This document shows, one piece after another, positions 24,101 through 35,293 of a DNA stretch of 64,000 bases. The position numbers and the translations under genes were made by a program. A model generated the notes under the pieces. It did no database searches and was not told the DNA's origin. It saw only the letters and a program-made list of their open reading frames with translations. This DNA comes from Azolla caroliniana (lineage: Eukaryota; Plantae; Polypodiophyta): NCBI GenBank assembly GCA_043228905.1, contig JBHGNT010000009.1, positions 13,392,001 through 13,456,000 on the forward strand. The letters run 5' to 3'. Each line of letters starts with the position of its first letter. Within the stretch, counting starts at the first letter, position 1.

Positions 24101-27100
24101 TCTAGCTTTTGCTTTTACGAAATGTGAGAAAACGTTTTTGCCAATTATGTTTGATATTAGCAGTTTTGAGTAGGCTATGCCCAATAGTAGAGGATATGCA
24201 CCTGGTGCATCCAAATTATTGAATCAGTCCAAGTGGTTGGACAGTACTTATGTCGGCCATTCATAACCAACAAGGGCATGCTTCCCACTTTGTGATGCTA
24301 AGCCGATCACATGTCCATTTGCTAATAACATTTACTCCAGAACCACCATCAACAATGCTACCCGCTACTTCCTGGTCATGAATGATGAACTTGATTCTTG
24401 GACTCTGCTTGTCCATTATAGTTGGTCCTGTAATTGGATTGGTAAAGTTTACCGACACTTTTTCCGACCCATTTTTAGTAATAATTGTGGCAGTTCCTTC
24501 TCAATAAATCAAGGCACTAATTTTAATAACCTTGGTAAGGGTAATGAAACTTGGCAATCTTCCAAGACCTTCCATGATTCCTCATCTTCGGGTGTCATAG
24601 TTGGCACCGACCGTTCAACTAGACGATTGTCTGTCTTGTCAATCGACAGACTACTTTGTTGCAGCATTTGGGCAACATTATTGTTGTTAGCCTCTTCGAC
24701 CCACTCCTTTGCTGCTTTTCTTTCCACCTCCTGTACTTCCCACTCGGATTTTTTAGCTTTATTGTGAGTGGTTACTTGCTGGACTTCAGGCACGACCATA
24801 CTAATTGCTGGTGCTTTCCCGTTGTCCTTCGTCAGGCATTGATTCGCGTAATGACCATCCTTCTTGCAAATATAGCAATTCGACATCGATGATCCACTAG
24901 ATTCTCCATTTTCATATTGAGGTCAATGAGCATCTTGGGACTCTGAGTTATCTTTGGCTCTAGAATCATGTTGAAATTGTCAAGATCCTTTCGATTTTCT
25001 GTTATCATTGAATCGACGATTCAGTGGTCGATTATCATCATTCCTCTTTTGGTCATGAGATCTTCTCTCCGATGCTTTCCCTTTGTTCTTTGTCAGCCAT
25101 TGATTGGCATAATGAACATCCTTCATGCAAATATAGCTATTCGACACCAATGAGCCACTAGATTCTCCATTTTCATATTGAGGTCAATGAGCATCTTGGG
25201 ACTCTGAGTCATCTATGGCTCTAGAATCATGCTGAAATTGTCAAGATCCTTTCGATTTTCTGTTATCGTTGAATCGACAATTCAGTGGTCGATTATCATC
25301 ATTCCTCTTTTGGTCATGAGATCTTCTCTCTGATGCTTTCCCTTTGTTCTTTGTCAGCCATTGATTGGCATAATGAACATCCTTCTTGCAAATATAGCTA
25401 TTCGACACCGATGAGCCACTAGATTCTCCATTTTCATATTGAGGTCAACAAGCATCTTGGGATTCTGAGTCATCTCTAGCTCTAGAATCATGTTGGAATT
25501 CTTGAGATCCTTTTGATTTTTTGTTATCGTTGAATCGACGATTCAGTGGTCAATTATCGTCATTCCTCTTTTCGACTACCTGTAAGGTTGCCGATTATTC
25601 CTATCCTGCCGTGGTGAATCATCCCAGTCATAACTGCTCTGACTATCATGTCGATAATCATCCTCCCGGTCATCTTCTTGTCAATAGTCATTGTATCGAT
25701 TGTTGCACCACTAATCATCTCACCGATAATCGTCCCTCCTATTATCATCCCTCTTACCATGGTCTAACCGATAACGATCATGATATCGTGGATGATCTTC
25801 CTCTTGAGGCGGGTGTCCCGACCGATTCTGGTCCTCTTGAAAATTGTCTTAGGTGTGTATCTGTCGAACTAGTGTTGTGGTTTTATTGTGTAAATTGTAC
25901 TCACATTGGTCGGCAACATGCACCTTGTAATGGCAAATCGTACAATGACTACGTAAACTGCATTCAATCATAGAAAGCCCCAGATTGAGACATGTAATGC
26001 ATTGAATGGCTTGAAGGAACCTCAACTCTTCAAATGTAGGTAAAGAACTTTGTAGATCTCCCATTTCCATATTGTTACTGCTTTGTATTTTGTCCATTGT
26101 CAGTGCTTTGTCGTCTAGTGATTGATTCCTGAAATCGAACACAGTTAAGGTTGTTCGCAATGGCTATCGTAATGACGGTACGAACGTATCCTTCAATTCC
26201 TCTTCGGGAATAGGTCACGTCAATTCGAGACACAGATTTTGAAATCTAATGACAAATTGCAGCATTGTTTCATGAGGTTCTTGATACACCGCATAATATT
26301 GATTAATTATATCTTTTTATGGAATTCGTCGATGAAATAACTTATGAACTTGGTAGTTAATTGATCAAAATATTGGAACGCTTTGGCTCCATTCTGGGCA
26401 TACCAATTTGCCGACGGCCTGTCGAGCGATAATACAAACTAAGCAATCATAGATTTATCTTCCTCTGTTGTCGATAATCGGTGTGCTACATGGTTCACTT
26501 GTCATGTTGCGAAAAAATCGCGCACGTGCTTCCGCATCGGCTCCATCATGATACTTACAGTAGGGATACAACAGTGTATTCTCCTCCCAAATGATGACCA
26601 AATACCCTTGATCGGACCGCTCCTCATCCGAGTTACTATCAATTAAATCGTGAATTGCGCTCCACTCCCCTTCAGCTGCTTGTTGGATTTGATTCATAAC
26701 CTCCAAACTCTAAGCAATACCACCTTCTACACGTCGGGTCTCCGATCTCGTGCGTGGGCTTTTGCTACCCATAGTTCTCTCTGAACTAGAAGACATCCAT
26801 ACCTCTTATTCTCTATCTGTAGTAGATGTAACCAGGTTGTGCAAAATTATTGTGTTGATCTATCGACAAAAGACTGTTGTAACCGACAGACACAATAGGT
26901 CGAATGTTTGACTCTGAATGTTCGGTCAAGAAGATTGTGGTAGGAAACTGAATTGATTGTACTAGTTCTATACTCCAGAATTATTACCCAAAGATACTAG
27001 TTTGATTACTAAGTGCTAATGATAGACTATTCATCTTAATATAGTAATTAGCATATACGGTATTCAAAAGATTGACAGACACACAGAAACAATTAAGAAT

Positions 27101-27395
27101 ATGATATAGCCACCGCAACAGATATACTAACTACTAATTTATATTATTCCAAATAGAACGATAAAATTACAATGCTCTCTGTCCCTTTTTATAAGTGATT
27201 CGAGAGTCTCTCTTCCAATATTACACTTGCCCCTTCCAGCAAGAACTACAACCAAAATTGTTTTAACTAATCTACTATATATTTTTACTTGGCTAAATTA
27301 TATTTTCCTTTTCAACTCTTGTTCACATTGTCGACACCGGACATTGCCGACTCCGACTCTGACCTCTCCGACATTGGATACCTGATTGGCTAACA
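21110..27395 (-). mobile_element. Non-chromovirus Ty3/gypsy, heavily decayed (putative 5' LTR 26827-27395)
   Basis: Gag (PYCKYHDGADAEA), CYICKKDGHYANQC, protease IVDGGSGVN, RT remnants 23100-23640, integrase 21300-22425. LTR-like TGTTAGC..GGTTACA with a TATA box. Confidence 0.85.
24830..25570 (-). repeat. 261-bp in-frame tandem triplication of the gag zinc-knuckle segment
   Basis: ccactag ends at 24900, 25161 and 25422 (period 261). Confidence 0.9.
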
Positions 27396-27565
27396 AAGAA
27401 CCATTCTTCATGGCTCGTCATATGATTGACCCCCCGAAGTCAACATACCACACCTCTTTTGGTTCAGTGGTGCCCTTCTTCATCGAGTTTGCCTTGTGCT
27501 TCATCACAAAGGATGGCCCTTTTTCGGTCTTTCCGGTTTCGAATCCTTCTGATCCTTCAGCATAG
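27396..27565 (-). mobile_element. Copia family A gag/protease fragment
   Basis: Reverse complement encodes VWYVDFGGSII*/MTSHEEWF, homologous to 42400-42545. Confidence 0.7.
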
Positions 27566-28001
27566 TGAGAACTTTATTCGGCTTTATTGAACTGACCTAA
27601 TGTGTGTCATTGGGTACGCCACACATGATTGGTCAAGTACATGTCATTACATGGCCTAGGTCCTATAAATAGGACATACTCTCCTTAGTTAGGTAGGGCC
27701 CCATGAGTGGTTCTGACGAAGCTCTCTTTGATGTGGACTAGTCAACAAGTCCTCATGTGGAGATCCTGACTGGTATGGGATAGGCCAGGATTCCTCATCT
27801 GCATTGTTGACTCTGGCGCGGGGGTTGATGGGTGGTAACGCGTATTTTCAGTATGATTGTGTCACTTATGTCTTTATTTTAGGATTAATGATCTTGGTTA
27901 TTACACAAACGGGTCGAGGAGCGCGAGCAAGGCGGGAGGACTCTAGGGGGAGCCAGAGAAGAGAATTGGTTACCATAGACAAACACTGCAATCCGACCTC
28001 A
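27566..28001 (+). mobile_element. Possible solo LTR of another family
   Basis: TGAG...CTCA termini and ctataaatagg at ~27663. No TSD found. Confidence 0.4.
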
Positions 28002-28404
28002 TGTTGAGCGGAAAAACTCAACCGGATCCGGATCGGTGTTCCGATGGTATCCGGAACCAAGAGTTGGATTGGAGAGACAGGTCGGATTGGAACCGGTAGG
28101 TCATTAGAGGCCTACGAATCTAGCCTAGTACATAGGCATTATTTTTAGGACTTAGTGTCGGTCGTTGGTATAAGCATTTTAGTATCTGTCAGTCCATTTA
28201 AGGCCTTGTATAAAAGTGCTCACTAAGCACATTGTATTTACACAGAGTATATTTATTTTGAATTGAGTGTATTGTTTTCTACTCTCTCTATCTCTCCTGT
28301 GTATTCTCTGTTCTTATGCTTCCATTAAACCTTCATTCTTTGTTTTTATTGTTGGAATCCGGCTAAGCCGGCTTGTCTACAAGCTTCTGCACGCAATTCT
28401 TCAC
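28002..28404 (+). mobile_element. Copia family A LTR
   Basis: TGTTGAGCGG...TTCACA, homologous to the reverse complement of 35294-35737. Followed by a copia linker fragment instead of a PBS. Confidence 0.85.
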
Positions 28405-28549
28405 AGACAGGTTACAGAGGAAGCCGGTGCATCGGACCCGGAAGAATCTGACACAATCGGGAATGATAAGGAACCTCCAAAGTTGAGTTTTGACGCGGCT
28501 AAGAGGGCCATAAAATCAGCCAACCAAAAGTTGCACCGATCCACTTGAC

Positions 28550-28968
28550 AGAAGAACCACTCTATAGTCATCTTCTTAACGAAGAAGAGCTCAAGGTTGT
28601 TGCCAAACTTCTCTATAGTTGTCTGCTTAAGTGAGACTAACTTCCCTATAGTTCTCTGCTTGACGAAGAAGAACTCAAGGTCATTGCCTTGCTGCTTCTT
28701 GTTGTAGTCCTTTCTCATATAGTGATTCTATTTGGAATTTATGGACTCCCGTGGTTTTTCCCTTTTAGGGTTTCCCACATTAAAATACTTGTATCTCTGT
28801 ACTTTTTGTTTTATTGCCTTTCTATATTTCTGTTATTCTAAATCCGTTGCACCCGATTCTGGCCTGTAGGTTCCAACAAATTGGTATTAGAGTGGTGGAT
28901 GAACATTCTCGTGGAATGTTTAAGTTAACCGACTCCAATTACTCAGTGTGGAAGTCGAAGATGCGGGA
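28550..28968 (+). mobile_element. Tork/TAR-like copia 5' LTR end, PBS and gag start
   Basis: gtggtttttcccttttagggtttcccac motif, LTR end ttccaaCA at 28878, PBS tggtattagag, gag MFKLTDSNYSVWKSKMRD (same as at 41580-41650 rc). Confidence 0.8.
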
Positions 28969-29911
28969 TGTAGCAGCATATATATATACCCAGAACCCAT
29001 CAATTCATATCTGGGCATTCAGAGTGGAACGTTGGGGATGGGCCGGACTGCTCAGAATGGCTGGAATGGTTTAGAACGGTTCAGGATGGTCGAACTGAAC
29101 TGTACGGCCGGAACGACGAACCGTACTAAACTGGCACATGCAACTAAACATGGAGGCCATGCAACTAAAGTAAATCTCATGTTGGGCGCATGCAATTGAA
29201 CATGGAGGCTATGCAACTAAAGTAAATCTCATGTGGGAAGTATGTAACCGAGCTGGAGATGAAAACTGGAGTTCCTTCATGCAAGGGCAGAGATCTTCGG
29301 GTTGAAAATACCCGAAATCCTTAGGAAGGAAAAACTTATCACTCGAGAACCATAATTTTCTTATCTAGGCCATAACCCTAACCCTAACCCTAATTTTTCT
29401 TATCTAAGCTATCACGCAAAAACCCTAACCCTAATGTTCTTTTCCATATCACTCAAATTAGGGTTAGGAATTTTGAGTGATAGCTTAGATAAGGAAAATT
29501 AGGGTTATGGTTTTTGAGTGATATGGACTAGATAAGAAAAATTAGGGTTCTCGAGTGATAGCTTTTTCCTTCCTAAGGATTCCGGGTATTTTTCACCCGA
29601 AATGAAGGAACTCTAGCTTTCATCTCCAGCTCAGTTACATCTGTCCCACATGGCCTTTAGTTTAGTTGCATGGCCTCCACATTCAGTTGCATGCTCTAGC
29701 CGCATCATCCTACCGTTCGTACAGTTCAGTTCGCCCCTTCCGATCTGTGAATTGTACGGCCATCTCGAACCATTCCGGCCATACAATTCAGTTCTGGTCA
29801 TCCTGAACCGTGAACAACCATTCCGGCCGTTCCAAGCAGTCTGGCCCGTCTCGACCGTTCCACTCCAAACGCCCAGATATGAATTGGGTCTGTATATATA
29901 CTGCTGCATCC
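28966..29911. mobile_element. Foldback / long-TIR non-autonomous DNA element
   Basis: GGATGTAGCAG...CTGCTGCATCC. The two arms of ~450 bp are reverse complementary almost to the centre, which contains (TAACCC)n tracts. Confidence 0.8.
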
Positions 29912-30081
29912 AAGCTTCATACACACATAACTTGATACGTAGTTGTCCGTTTCATACGTAGTAAAATGCGTTTGGAAGCTTTTGAAGACGTCCATCTTTT
30001 CGCACCATGCCATTGAGCTAATCTAAAATAATTATTTCATTATTTTTCATATCATGTGTGAAGAACCACATGACACCAGAT

Positions 30082-31222
30082 TGTTAATACACAACCGATT
30101 TCGTATAACACGCGTAAGATTAACAATTTAAGCACAGAACGGTAAGTACCAAGGTTGTTAGGTACGTTAGATAAGATACGGATACCTTACATATATAACG
30201 TATTAATATGCGTATAGTACCTCCCAATTTAAAAATACATTTTTTAATATGTTAAGTACTTATAAAATACGTATTTTACGTATAGTATGTTAAATACTTC
30301 TCGAATTTGAAAATTATTTACCTTTCTAAAAAAGAAATGTAATATTGTAAAAAGCATCTATGTTTACACAATTTTATGATGTACATTATAGTTCTACATC
30401 TTAAAATGCATATAAGACATTTGAACATTTCACATCCTAAAATACTTATAATATGAATGTCGACATTCACTAATTCTATAAATCAGTGTAAGTGTGTATC
30501 ACGATGTTCTATTTCAAATTGTAATTATTTACGATTATGCCTTCATAGATTGAGGAATCGTCTACGATTATCACACTCAGGATAGGTTTCTGTCTTCCTT
30601 TCTCTCTTCTTCATCTTCTTCTTCTATCTTCTGTGATTATCACAGTTAGACTCAAGATAGGTTTATGTCTTCTTTTCTCTCTTTTTCTTTTTCTTCTTCT
30701 TCTTCTTCGTCATCTCTTCTGTTCTTCTTTTTGCTTCTTTTTCACTTTTTCTTTTTTTTGTTTCTTGTTGGGGTTTTACTTACATTTTTTTTATAAATAC
30801 TTATTATACCTGTTTTTTCAAATGTACAACAAATGTACATGATATTGGACAAATGTACATGATATTTGACTGAACAACATCGAGGTATAGCATGTACTAT
30901 ACAAATTATGAGGTATTATACGTATTTAAACATTAAATACGGGTACGTAAACAACCATGGTAAGTACACCACATCACAATAGAATTAAGAACAAATGCTA
31001 ATCTTCTATTACTTCTGTTAATCATTTACATCAATCCCAAACCCTTTTATAGGCATCCGGTAGGAATTACAAAACGGTGCCTTACCAACTACCAATCAGT
31101 GTGGATCCGCATCGGTACAACTATCTGAATCCGTCTGTTCCTATTCTATTACTTAGCTAATAATTATGCTACTAATTATATTATGCCACATTACTCCCCC
31201 AGGACATACTCTAGGGCCAACA
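30082..31222 (-). mobile_element. Probable short solo LTR hosting the hAT MITE
   Basis: TGTT...AACA termini and a minus-strand TATA (cttttatagg at ~31045). No TSD found. Confidence 0.4.
30150..30959. mobile_element. Non-autonomous hAT element (MITE)
   Basis: 8-bp TSD GTAAGTAC at 30142-30149 and 30960-30967. TIRs CAAGGTTGTT / AACAACCATG, with tacgta-rich subterminal repeats. Confidence 0.88.
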
Positions 31223-31239
31223 AATGGAAACCTAACATC

Positions 31240-33240
31240 TGTACTACTAAATCATCTTCGTAATAGTTTAGTATCCATGAGCAGGTAAGAAGATGATCCT
31301 ATCTTAAAAAGGTCTAGTCTAATGATGTTACTTAATAGTGGTGTTGATGATCTTAACATCAGTGTCCTATTTAAGGTAATTGGTGTTAGTAGAAAAAGTG
31401 TGTATAATACAATGAACTAGTTAATTTCAAATGGTGAAGGAAGTAGTCTACTAAAGCTAACCACAAGATGTAAGCCAGTGACACCCATAACATCAGAAAT
31501 CAAGGATATAATCACCATATTTTGGACTAATGAGAGTATGATTTCACCCAATAAGAAGGATTTGTGCTCGAAACGTTTTGGAAGGAATCAATATGAGGAG
31601 CATCCCATTCATCTTCTTGATGTACCTTAGGTATTTACATTTATTTCATCTTCTAATTTGATTATTAAGCTTATTGTCACAAGTCTGTGTACAATTGAGA
31701 TTACAATCACTAGGTAATCAGCTGCAATAATTAGTGGCCTCAACTTCTATCTACATCAGGACATAGTTGATTAGCTACATTCAGTCATAGTCAAGGCTAA
31801 TTAGGTAAATAGCTACATCAGGTATCGGCCAAAGCTAATTAGCGACATACAGTATCGGCCAAGCTAATTAGCTACATAAGGTAGGGGCATAGCTTAGTTA
31901 GCAACATCAGGTCTAGATAGCTATGTCTCCTTCTTAAGTACATAACCGGATGTCCATTATAACTAACCAGCTACTAGCAATAGTTAATTAGCTACATCAG
32001 AATATGGTCATAGCTAATTAGTTACATCAGAATATGATCATAGCTAATTAACTACATCAGAATATGATCATAGCTTATTAGCTACATGAGAATATGATCA
32101 TAGCTAATTAGCTACATCACACTATGATCATAACTAATTAGCTACTGGCAATAACTAACTAGCTCCTGCCCAAAGCTAATATGCTACATCAGAATATGAT
32201 AATAGCTAATAAGCTACTGGCAATAGCTAATAAGCTACTAGCAATAGCTAATAAGCTACTTGCAATAGCTAACTAGCTACTGGCCAAAGCTAATATGCTA
32301 CATTACAATATGTTTATAGCTAATTAGCCACATCATAATATGATCATAGTGAATTAGCTACATCAGAATATGATCATAGTTAATTAGCTACAATTGGATG
32401 GCAATAGCTAACTAGTGACTGTTAATAGCTAACTCGTTAATGGTAAACCATAACTTGCTATTGGTAATAGCTAACTAGCTACAACATAATATGATCATAG
32501 CTAATTATCTACATCAGAGTATCATCATAGCTAATTAGTTACATCATAATATTATCATAGCTAATTAGTTACAACTATTATTAGTCAGTTCTAGATAGCT
32601 ATGTCTCCTACTTATGAACTACTAAGCATAACTGATTGGACTCCCTTCTTATTAGGCAGGTAGATTTATTTATTAGGTTCAAGAGAATGCATCCAAAAAT
32701 CAAAGTTCAACTACAAACATTCGAGTCTTTTAAACCACACTTTGTGAGACACTTAAAGGATCGATACACATGTTGTTGCATTTACCATGTACAAATGGGT
32801 TTTCTCAAAGATTTTGTTAATCTATTACATCGCCATAGCTCCTCCCTACATGATGCAGTATGCACTTGTGAGTGCCCAATTTGTTGACTTAGCTAGACAG
32901 AGCACTATAAATCATCAGAGCATGTTTGCGTATCCATAAGTGGTCTTTTAGATTTAGTATTGTGCCCAAGAGAATCTGAGGCTATCTTCTACAATTATAA
33001 ATGTGTCATGGGTTTATGTCATGATTGTGGACCTAGTAGATTTAGGTGGTGTCCAGAAGAGTTGAGTAGTGAAATTAATAATCCTTGTCACGTTATTTGA
33101 GTCAGTGGACACCAATTTTGAAGGAAAGGTGTGTAAAAGAAAAGATCTAGTTAGGAAGCCGCTTAAACCAAGGAATTTGGGGTCTCTATTTGTAGTATCT
33201 CTAGGAAAGTTCATTAAACACAACTTCATTCATTCATGGT
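31240..33240 (+). pseudogene. DNA transposase copy 2 (end of exon 1, ~1-kb palindrome intron, start of exon 2)
   Basis: 31240-31630 matches the reverse complement of 18472-18850. Donor at 31631, acceptor ggcag|GTAGAT at ~32659, then VDLFIRFKRMHPKIKV..TCCCIYHVQM matching 3432-4008. Confidence 0.8.
31770..32580. repeat. ~30-bp tandem array built on TAGCTAATTAGCTA
   Basis: Units such as tagctaattagctacatcagaatatgatca, plus ~19-bp variants. Confidence 0.9.
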
Positions 33241-33559
33241 AGAAATTTAAGAATCTGACGTCTCAAATGCAGAAATCTTTGCCAGATGGAACTATTAATC
33301 ACATTTGATTATCCATATCTTCCACTCAGAAAATGTTCTCGAAACATCTTTCATGTAAATCTCAACCAACTTCTCGAAATACAATCTCATTTGAGTTAAT
33401 GTTTGATTTAAGTTCATTTCATTTTTTGTAACTCCAAGTTTATAAATAATCATTCTACAATTAGCAAACATCTCTCTTAGCAGTTAATGCAAGTAAATAT
33501 CAAAAACTTTAACTAGATTGAATAACCCGTGATACTGGTGTATCTAGTTTTTGTGCACC

Positions 33560-35293
33560 GCCTAAAATTACATCCTTGTAGAAGGAATCTAAAAGTGGAA
33601 TGTGCACTCCTTCCACCTGTGAACGCGAAATGTTGGTAGAAGAACATACAGAACGGTAAATGATCCAACGGGCCTTAGCTGGGGATATTGAAGCCAAAGA
33701 GGAAGCGGTGTTGAACAAGATCGGCCGAAAGAGTAAGGGAAAAATGAGCCACCTGGCAATCGAACTGCCAATACTCAATATGGTATTGGTGGAAGTACAC
33801 AAAGATTTGGCGAAAGTACGGATAGCGGCTAAGGATATGGCCTACAAGAGGAAGAAGGCAAAGAAAGGGGCCAAGGAAGTGGTAAAATAGTGGCTAGAAA
33901 ACAAGGGGACAATCCAGAACTTGGAATGGCAACTACAAGAGGTCCAAAAGACATCACAAAGTGGTCCGGCCACTGACCACGTCTAGTTGCACGCGGAGCT
34001 CCAAGCATAGAGGATGATGGCCGAAAATGCCAAGAACACGATGATAGTGGCTGAAACCAAGATCAACCGACTAAGGAACAAGCTATGACGATTGGTGAAC
34101 AAAGAAGAGAATATCAGGACCATTTCCAAGATGTAAAAGCTCTAACAATGCAATACGAAAAATTGCATAAAGTACATCAAAAGCTTTTTGAGGATTTCGA
34201 GGTTCAGGGGACAACATTAGGAGGGGCGAAGGAAGAAATCAATGAACAACAGGAGGCTTTGTGGAAACAAAAGCAGTTGTTTGACGAAGAACTAGAGAGG
34301 AACTGGTAGCTAACAGCGAAGGCTCATTGAGGAATTCCGAAAGAGTTGGCACGAATGGAAGAGTTGAATGAAATGGAGATACAGAACTTTCAAGCCAGCA
34401 TGGGCTTAATTCTAGTGCGATATGAAGTATAGTTAGAAGCGGCGGTAGAAGAAATCAAGCAATGCAAAAAAATCCAACAAGAATTGCGAGTAAAGGTGCA
34501 AATGGGCACATAGTGGATCAAGACATTACTTGACAATCATAAAGACCGGTTTGCGAAAAAGATCGCCGATGCTATGGCAAGAGGATGGCAGGCCTGGTCA
34601 ACCCAAGTGGTCGAATTGCATATATTCCATGCAGACCAGGAAAACCGGTGGAAAGAAGGTAAGGGATTTTTTAAGTTCAACAAACTAAGCATCACAACGA
34701 TTCGGATGGAGCTAGCAAACGACTACCACTCCTTGTCCCAACCCCACTCCATGGAAATACAAAAATTGTTAGAAGAATTTGGGGACGACCAACTTCAACT
34801 CGTTGTGGAATTGGAAGCATATGAAAAAGAATGAATTAAGACAGAAGGAGACCAAGAGGAAGGATAAGAGAAGTAACATATCAATCGGCTTGACGTTGAC
34901 TCCAATGGGCAATCCCAGGAAATGGCCGACCAAGTACCCACTAAACCCCCGGCCACTGAATGATCTCAACATACAGATCAAGCCGAATAGCAGATAGTTG
35001 AGGAAGCAAACACCTAGCAAAATGGGGAGGATGAACAACAGGAGGAATCGACCCAACCAAGACCAAACCTCCTACATATCTTGCAAGAAGGGGTTGGAGT
35101 AGACCAGCCGGACCCGCATGAATCAACCCAACAACAACCAAAACTACCAACACCCAGAAGGGGGGAAGATGGACCGACTACAACTACCACAGAAGAACAG
35201 AAAGAGGAAGCCCCGATATCCAGCAACAATACCATCACAGGCGACAACAAGACGACTCAGCAGGTGCCGAACATTTTGCATATTCTTGACGAC
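33560..35293 (+). mobile_element. Gypsy 3' extra ORF remnant (coiled-coil/acidic), continued at 44029
   Basis: WQAWSTQVVEL..ENRWKEG..FFK and DDQLQLVVELEAYE are homologous to 63200-63460. The stop codon lies after the copia insertion (gacgacacatag). Confidence 0.7.
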
